Assembly (NCBI RefSeq): GCF_022549695.1
Contig: NZ_JAKZGS010000004.1
Coordinates: 77,756-109,755 of the forward strand
Origin: Belliella calami
GTDB taxonomy: Bacteria > Bacteroidota > Bacteroidia > Cytophagales > Cyclobacteriaceae
Length of the DNA stretch: 32,000 bases
Direction of reading: 5' to 3'
Shown here: positions 8,369 through 13,505 of the stretch, in pieces
How the letters are laid out: every line of letters starts with the position of its first letter
How positions within the stretch are numbered: position 1 is the stretch's first letter
Notes under the pieces: model-generated
The model's input: only the letters and a program-made list of their open reading frames with translations
Databases searched by the model: none
Told to the model about the DNA's origin: nothing
Translations under genes and position numbers: made by a program

Positions 8369-8500
8369 CCATAACGTTTTGGCGCTTGGCGAAGAAGCGG
8401 ATTTCGAAGCACCAAACTGTCTGCCAGCACTGAACTTGATACGAAGCACAAAGCTTCATTTAAGTACTGAACCCGCTTTTTTGCCAAACGCCTGTTATGC
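8369..8500 (-). repeat. attC-like cassette recombination site (copy c)
   Basis: CCATAAC-GTTTT-GGCGCTTGGC-GAAG-AAGCGG ... CCGCTT-TTTT-GCCAAACGCC-T-GTTATGC; 132 nt. Four AGCAC-type direct repeats start at 8408, 8426, 8445 and 8463. Confidence 0.85.
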
Positions 8501-8534
8501 GGTCGGCTTTCTTTTCTGTAGTCTGTGCTTTCCT

Positions 8535-9329
8535 TCATTTTGTCAAACTTAAGTATTTTTCAAAAAGTCTCGTGAACCCATATTCAAATTTCGGTTGTGT
8601 TTCGTCAACTATAACCCTTAAAGTTTCAATATCCTTTACAAGTCCTGTAATTCTTTCTCCTTTGTCTGAAAGGTCAGAAGAACTGTTTGTGAAGTCCTTT
8701 CTATATTTTCCAAAGTCGGGATAACCAACTTTGAAAGTGAAATCTTGATTTCCAACTGTGTCTGTAAACGTAAACGAACCTTCTTTAAGGTCTAAGTCGT
8801 AATGAAAGTCTGAATTGTTGGTCACAACCATTTTGTCATATATGAAATAATTGAACTCTTTATGAATTGTATCGCAACTGCCGTTTGTGTCAATGAAGCA
8901 ATACCTTACGCTATATGTTTCTGTTGGTAAATTGAATTTGTGGTAAAGTGCTGTAATCATCAAAAAATTTCTTTCTTCAGTCGCTTTGAAAATATCAACT
9001 GGTTGTAAATTGTAATAGTTGCTTGAAACTTGTCTTGCAATCCTAATTTGATTTGTTGGAAAATACTCGCCTTTTGGATAGAAGTATGTCAATAATGCAA
9101 AGTCAAGCAAGAGTATTATTAATAAAAATGTGGTCTTGCTGAATTTAATCTTGTCGCTGAACTTGTAATAAGTCCAAGCACCTATTCCGCCAATTAAAAA
9201 TATGATTGGGTAATAGACCAATAAACAAAGTCCGTAGCCACAAGGTGTCGGAAACAAACTCAATGTCAAAATTGGGATTGTCACACAGACCAAAAAAATG
9301 ATTATTGCAGGTACTTTCTTTTTATTCAT
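8535..9329 (-). CDS. hypothetical membrane protein (three N-terminal TM helices plus a soluble domain of about 170 aa)
   Basis: 264 aa. The hydrophobic N-terminus includes IIIFLVCVTIPILTLSLF, LLVYYPIIFLIGGIGAW and FLLIILLLDFALLTYF. No recognisable family. Single-ORF cassette. Confidence 0.55.
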   Translation of the reverse strand: MNKKKVPAIIIFLVCVTIPILTLSLFPTPCGYGLCLLVYYPIIFLIGGIGAWTYYKFSDKIKFSKTTFLLIILLLDFALLTYFYPKGEYFPTNQIRIARQVSSNYYNLQPVDIFKATEERNFLMITALYHKFNLPTETYSVRYCFIDTNGSCDTIHKEFNYFIYDKMVVTNNSDFHYDLDLKEGSFTFTDTVGNQDFTFKVGYPDFGKYRKDFTNSSSDLSDKGERITGLVKDIETLRVIVDETQPKFEYGFTRLFEKYLSLTK

Positions 9330-9362
9330 TGTCTGTCGTTGTGTGTCGTCTTTTAAGCTGCC

Positions 9363-9494
9363 GCATAACGTTTTGCAGCTACACGCAGGTGGGGATTTTT
9401 AGCACTGAACTTTATTAAAAGTACAGAATTTTGATTTAGCACTTCACTTTCATAGAAGCACTGAACCCCCACTTGCGTGTAGGTGCTGTTATGC
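9363..9494 (-). repeat. attC-like cassette recombination site (copy d)
   Basis: GCATAAC-GTTTT-GCAGCTACAC-GCAG-GTGGGG ... CCCCAC-TTGC-GTGTAGGTGC-T-GTTATGC; 132 nt. AGCAC-type direct repeats start at 9401, 9420, 9438 and 9457. Confidence 0.85.
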
Positions 9495-9502
9495 AACGTT
9501 TT

Positions 9503-11212
9503 TTATAATTCTTTTATTCTTTTCAGTAGTCGTTTATATGAATTAGGTAAATTTTTATGTGGCAAATTGTTAATTACGTGTAATAGAGTTTCGAGTTTTT
9601 TAAGTGACTTTTCTCTAATGTTTAAAATTTCATTCGTGTTTCTATTTGCAATTGGTACATTCAAAAAATTATAAATTAAATTTTGTGCTATTGTGGAAGC
9701 AACTAAATCCATTTCTAAATTGTATTTCATACAAATCACATCATATCTTTCTGAAATATCTAATGCACGACTATGATTTGATGTCAACAGTAATTCCAAT
9801 TGTTGTCGAGAGTTTTGATGGTGAAAAATCTCGTTAATCAAAGTTTCATTTTTGAATATGGTTTGATAATTAAAAAAGCCCGAACCATATCTGCTATTTG
9901 ACTTTTCTCCATTTTGATAGTTAAAGAAAAAGTCTTTATCAATAATTATCGTTTTCGGTATTTCCAAATCCCTTAAAAGGTAATATGCATATTTTAGTGA
10001 TGTAACGCCATCTAACTGTAAGATAGAAATCCCTTTTCTTTCGATTTTAACTCCTTTATTTTCTAAAAGTGTACTAAAAACTCCTGAATCAATTGTACTT
10101 TCCGTTACTAAAACGTGATTCGCAAAGAAAAACTCAGAGTTTCTAAATTTATGAAACTTGTCATACTGCAATCTTTGCAAATTGTAATGAATCCAAAAAT
10201 CGTCCCTTAACTGTAATAATTTACTCTTAAAGGCTCTTTGATTGTCTTTGACTTTTCTTATCAGTAAAATTTTTGTGTGGTCAAGTTGGTCAACAAGAAT
10301 AGTTGAGTGGGTTGTGAAAAGCACTTGAATATTACTGTTTTGAACTTGGTCAAAGAGCGTATAAATTAGTTCTTTTTGACCTTGTGGGTGTAAATTCGTT
10401 TCAGGTTCTTCAAGACCTATAATAAAATTTGTGTGTTTTAATTCGGCTAAATATCTGTAGATAGCGATAGCGACTAAACTTTGTATTCCACTACCACAAT
10501 CTTTTATATTAAATTCTTTGCCATCTTCATTAATTAATATCTCTAAATCATTTAAAAAAAGTTCAAAAGATATTGGAATGTTTGTTCCAATTTTGAATTC
10601 GAACCCTTTATTGGTTAAATACCGACCTTCTATTCCTTGAGCTACTTTTTTTAACGCATTTTTATTCAAATAATCAAATGCATCTTTAACTTTAGGTGTT
10701 AGTGTATCTCTCTTAGCTGTATGATTTGCAAAAAAGACTTTTAATAGTTCTCTCAAAACAGATTCACCATTTCTTTGATAAAATTCCGCAGTCCTATCTG
10801 TTGGTATCAGAACAAATTGCACATCTAAATTTAATTCATTCACTAAGTTATCTTGTGCTATTTCAAAAGTACCATTATTAAATACAAAATACTCCAATTT
10901 ACCACGTGTTTTATTGAACTCTTGTTTAATTTTAATAATGTCATTTACAATGTAAGGAGTGTAAATGACCTTGTTTGGTACATTGGCAAATGAAATTATT
11001 ATCTTCGGAATAGCTCTATTTGTAGAGTATAAATTTACACCTGAAAAGTAATATTGAAGTTCAATTTGAGGATTAAAAAAAGAGTTTAATGCTCTAAGTA
11101 TTGCTGTTTTGCCTGAATTGTTCTGTCCAACAATTCCAAGAATATCTTCAACATCGAAACTGCCTGATTCGATTGACCTAAATTTCGATATTTCTACTTT
11201 GCGTATTTTCAT
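9503..11212 (-). CDS. OLD-family nuclease (ABC-type ATPase + Toprim), single-gene (class 1-like)
   Basis: 569 aa. Walker A is GQNNSGKT, and the Walker B / D-loop region is IIGLEEPETNLHP. The C-terminal Toprim-type acidic motifs are HVLVTESTIDSG and TIIIDKDFF. It starts 10 nt after the preceding repeat. Confidence 0.75.
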   Translation of the reverse strand: MKIRKVEISKFRSIESGSFDVEDILGIVGQNNSGKTAILRALNSFFNPQIELQYYFSGVNLYSTNRAIPKIIISFANVPNKVIYTPYIVNDIIKIKQEFNKTRGKLEYFVFNNGTFEIAQDNLVNELNLDVQFVLIPTDRTAEFYQRNGESVLRELLKVFFANHTAKRDTLTPKVKDAFDYLNKNALKKVAQGIEGRYLTNKGFEFKIGTNIPISFELFLNDLEILINEDGKEFNIKDCGSGIQSLVAIAIYRYLAELKHTNFIIGLEEPETNLHPQGQKELIYTLFDQVQNSNIQVLFTTHSTILVDQLDHTKILLIRKVKDNQRAFKSKLLQLRDDFWIHYNLQRLQYDKFHKFRNSEFFFANHVLVTESTIDSGVFSTLLENKGVKIERKGISILQLDGVTSLKYAYYLLRDLEIPKTIIIDKDFFFNYQNGEKSNSRYGSGFFNYQTIFKNETLINEIFHHQNSRQQLELLLTSNHSRALDISERYDVICMKYNLEMDLVASTIAQNLIYNFLNVPIANRNTNEILNIREKSLKKLETLLHVINNLPHKNLPNSYKRLLKRIKEL

Positions 11213-11222
11213 TTAAAATGTT

Positions 11223-11354
11223 GCATAACGTTTTGCAGCTTGGCGAAGTGGCGGATTTTGAAGCACTTACTTTCAATTTTGCACAAATGTTTATTAGAAA
11301 TCCAAATGTTCAATTTAGCACCGAACCCGCCATTTTGCCAAACTGCTGTTACCA
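11223..11354 (-). repeat. attC-like cassette recombination site (copy e)
   Basis: GCATAAC-GTTTT-GCAGCTTGGC-GAAG-TGGCGG ... CCGCCA-TTTT-GCCAAACTGC-T-GTTACCA; 132 nt. Confidence 0.85.
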
Positions 11355-11370
11355 GCTGGCGTTTTTTCGG

Positions 11371-12003
11371 TTAGTTAAAGTTATAAAGATAACCAATTTC
11401 GTTTAGGTCAGCTTCAAGTTGTTCCCAATTTTCAAGTTCCTCAACGATTGTCAAAACCATATCTTTTGTCAGCGTTTTTCCGTTATAAATTTCTGTCACG
11501 GTTTCCAATGGAATTCCACTTTCTATAAAACTTTCGTCAAAATATTCTGTTGCCCAATCAACATAAGTTTGTGGATTTCCGTCAAAGATGCTCAACATTT
11601 CGTTAGAATTATCTTCGTAATTTTCGATTTGTCCAGTTTTCCAAGCTTTATTTTCGGTTGTCCAAACGCAAAATGTTGTTCCGATTTTTTTTACAGGTTC
11701 TCCAAAAATAAATTCGTCAAAAATAGAAGGTAAATCTTTTGTTAGTTTCTCTTTTTCTTGCTGTTGATATTCGTGAGCAAAACCATTTATTACACAGCCG
11801 TCTGCTCTAAATAAAATTAGCATTTGGTCGCCCGAACCATTTCGCATTTCGCAAAATTCTTCATTGTCTGCCCATTTATTGTTGTATGAATAATATCGAT
11901 ATTCCCATTCTTGTGAAAGAATTGCGTCTAAAACAGAAATTGCTTTGCAAATTGTCTGTAATTTTTGTCTGTCAGGTAAGTTTAGTTCTTTGGTTGAAAT
12001 CAT
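11371..12003 (-). CDS. hypothetical cytoplasmic protein (first cassette of the array)
   Basis: 210 aa, acidic, with no TM helix or signal peptide and no catalytic motif that I recognise. Confidence 0.55.
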   Translation of the reverse strand: MISTKELNLPDRQKLQTICKAISVLDAILSQEWEYRYYSYNNKWADNEEFCEMRNGSGDQMLILFRADGCVINGFAHEYQQQEKEKLTKDLPSIFDEFIFGEPVKKIGTTFCVWTTENKAWKTGQIENYEDNSNEMLSIFDGNPQTYVDWATEYFDESFIESGIPLETVTEIYNGKTLTKDMVLTIVEELENWEQLEADLNEIGYLYNFN

Positions 12004-12126
12004 TTGTTGTCTTATGTTTTTTCGTTTCGGTGTGTGTCGTTATACGCTTGCTGGTAACTTATATATCTGTCTGGAAAAACCAGACTTTAAATACCAATAA
12101 TAAGAAATATGTCTGGTTTTTCAGCT
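12004..12126 (-). other. candidate attI / array-proximal junction
   Basis: GCTGGTAAC at 12050-12058 is the exact reverse complement of GTTACCAGC at the far end of cassette 1's own repeat (11348-11356). The flanking inverted repeat is GAAAAACCAGAC (12074-12085) / GTCTGGTTTTTC (12111-12122), with an extra GTCTGG at 12069-12074. Confidence 0.55.
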
Positions 12127-13245
12127 CTATAAATCTAAATCTTCTAGCGGACTTGTAATCTGCTGAATAGACTTTTGGCTTACATGGGTATAGATCTCCG
12201 TTGTCTTGCTACTTTTATGTCCCAAAAGCTCCTGAATATACCTCAAATCTGTGCCTCTCTCCAGTAAATGCGTAGCGTAAGAATGTCTAAGCCAATGTGG
12301 TGTTACGGTTTTTTTTATACCTGCCTTTTTAACAGCATTTTTTAAAACCTCTGCCAAACTTTTTTCACTATAAGAGCCTCCTTTTTGCCCTTCAAAAATG
12401 TATTCTTTGGGCTTATAGGCTTTATAATATTTTTCGAGTTCAAGAATAAGAGGGGCGGGTAATGTTACCACTCTGTCTTTTTTTCCTTTTGCTTGTTTTA
12501 CCAATAACAAGCCTCTTTCTCTTTGAATGTGCTGAAATTTCAAAGCAAGTAATTCACCTCTTCTGAGACCACAAGCGTAAAGAAACATTAGCATTAATCG
12601 ATGCTTCAAATTCGTTGGGGCATTTAAAATCTTAGAAACCTCCTCTTTACTCAACACGTTTGGTAATAACTTCTCTCTTTTTGGCCTATAGACTATTTCT
12701 GGATTGAATTTGATACCTCTTCTATTCTGGAAAAATAATTTGATGCCATTTACCACCTGGTTTTGATACGAACTTGAATAACCTTTGGCTAAAATATACT
12801 CCTTATTGAATTTTTCAAGGTCTTCATTTTCAATTTCTTCGATAGCTTTATTACTCAAAAATCTTAAAAATATTCTTACAGCATCCTTATAGGTCTTTAC
12901 AGTACTTTTACTATACCGCTTATTCCGCATCCAATCTTCAAATTTACCAATCTCAATTCCCTGAGATGCGGTCAAATGAGGTAAACCTGGAGGGATCTTT
13001 GGAATCTCTACCTTTTTTAATGCTCTATAATCCAAACTTACCTTTCCTTCGAAAAATCCAATCATCTCGGTAATCCTTTCATCAGCGTAACTCACCCACC
13101 ATACCTTCTTTTTGGTATCCCAATTACAGCCTGGAAACTGCTTTACCATCTCCTTTAACTCAAAATCATAAGGAAACTCAATCCTAATAATTGGATTTTT
13201 TCCCATATAGTCATTTTTCAAAACCAGCTGTTTCATAAAAATCAT
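12127..13245 (-). CDS. tyrosine recombinase, Xer-like catalytic domain with an extra N-terminal domain; putative cassette-array integrase
   Basis: 372 aa. The catalytic residues are in context: ACGLRRGELL (R), KGKKDRVV (K), HWLRHSYATHLL (H-x-x-R), LLGHKSSKTTEIYTHV (H, Y), and a C-terminal SPLEDL. Only 87 aa separate the R-box from HWLRH. An alternative start is the ATG at 13236. Confidence 0.85.
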   Translation of the reverse strand: MIFMKQLVLKNDYMGKNPIIRIEFPYDFELKEMVKQFPGCNWDTKKKVWWVSYADERITEMIGFFEGKVSLDYRALKKVEIPKIPPGLPHLTASQGIEIGKFEDWMRNKRYSKSTVKTYKDAVRIFLRFLSNKAIEEIENEDLEKFNKEYILAKGYSSSYQNQVVNGIKLFFQNRRGIKFNPEIVYRPKREKLLPNVLSKEEVSKILNAPTNLKHRLMLMFLYACGLRRGELLALKFQHIQRERGLLLVKQAKGKKDRVVTLPAPLILELEKYYKAYKPKEYIFEGQKGGSYSEKSLAEVLKNAVKKAGIKKTVTPHWLRHSYATHLLERGTDLRYIQELLGHKSSKTTEIYTHVSQKSIQQITSPLEDLDL

Positions 13246-13303
13246 CTTTAAAAATAAACTAACTCAATTTAAGAAATTTGGCTCAAAATGTGTGTCATTT
13301 ATC

Positions 13304-13341
13304 AAAAAAGCCTCGGGTTGACCCGAGGCTTTTCATTTTTT
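13304..13341. terminator. bidirectional rho-independent terminator
   Basis: AAAAAA-GCCTCGGG-TTGA-CCCGAGGC-TTTTCATTTTTT, an 8-bp GC stem with A/T runs on both sides. It lies between the acyl-CoA dehydrogenase stop and the recombinase start. Confidence 0.8.
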
Positions 13342-13367
13342 ACAAATAATCGATTGTCTTATGGGTA

Positions 13368-13403
13368 AAGACCTTCGGGGTTTTTGGAAACCCCAAAGGT
13401 CTT
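13368..13403. repeat. 16-bp-stem palindromic element (AAGACCTT...AAGGTCTT type)
   Basis: AAGACCTTCGGGGTTT-TTGG-AAACCCCAAAGGTCTT, with one mismatch. The same outer motif recurs at 20424-20467. Confidence 0.6.
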
Positions 13404-13505
13404 ACATCCCTAGTGACCTTTGCGAAAAAATAGCCCCTGATCTCTCATAGGCTATTTTAGTATACAATCTTTGTGGCTTAGCGTCTTTGTGGCAAAACCA
13501 CTTAT

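Larger units (their letters stand above)
4244..13245 (-). mobile_element. integron-like gene-cassette array (recombinase, attI-like junction and at least 6 cassettes)
   Basis: There are six co-oriented hairpin repeats, one after each ORF or operon. Cassette-specific complementarity exists between each cassette's first bases and the far end of its own repeat. The recombinase gene is at the head. The repeats are GC-rich and the cassette bodies are AT-rich. Confidence 0.8.

Noticed and set aside
4244-11354. Interpreting the six 132-nt repeats as a CRISPR array
   Set aside because: The repeats are far too long and are internally palindromic. The 'spacers' are 0.5-2 kb and contain complete ORFs. 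No cas genes are present.
4244-11354. Interpreting the repeats as ordinary REP/MITE intergenic elements or plain terminators
   Set aside because: All copies share one orientation, and one follows every cassette. The sequence just outside each repeat is complementary cassette by cassette (9-10 nt exact in four units). That fits site-specific recombination of circular units better than random insertion. No T-run follows the stems.
12127-13245. Labelling the recombinase a canonical integron integrase (intI)
   Set aside because: The interval between the R-box and HxxR is only 87 aa, so it has no room for the IntI-specific additional domain. It is kept as Xer-like pending an HMM check.
13243-13505. 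A promoter call for the recombinase gene in the 260-nt gap upstream of 13245
   Set aside because: The gap is AT-rich and contains a terminator and palindromes. I could not identify a convincing Bacteroidota-type -33 TTG / -7 TAnnTTTG pair at a sensible distance, so I make no call.
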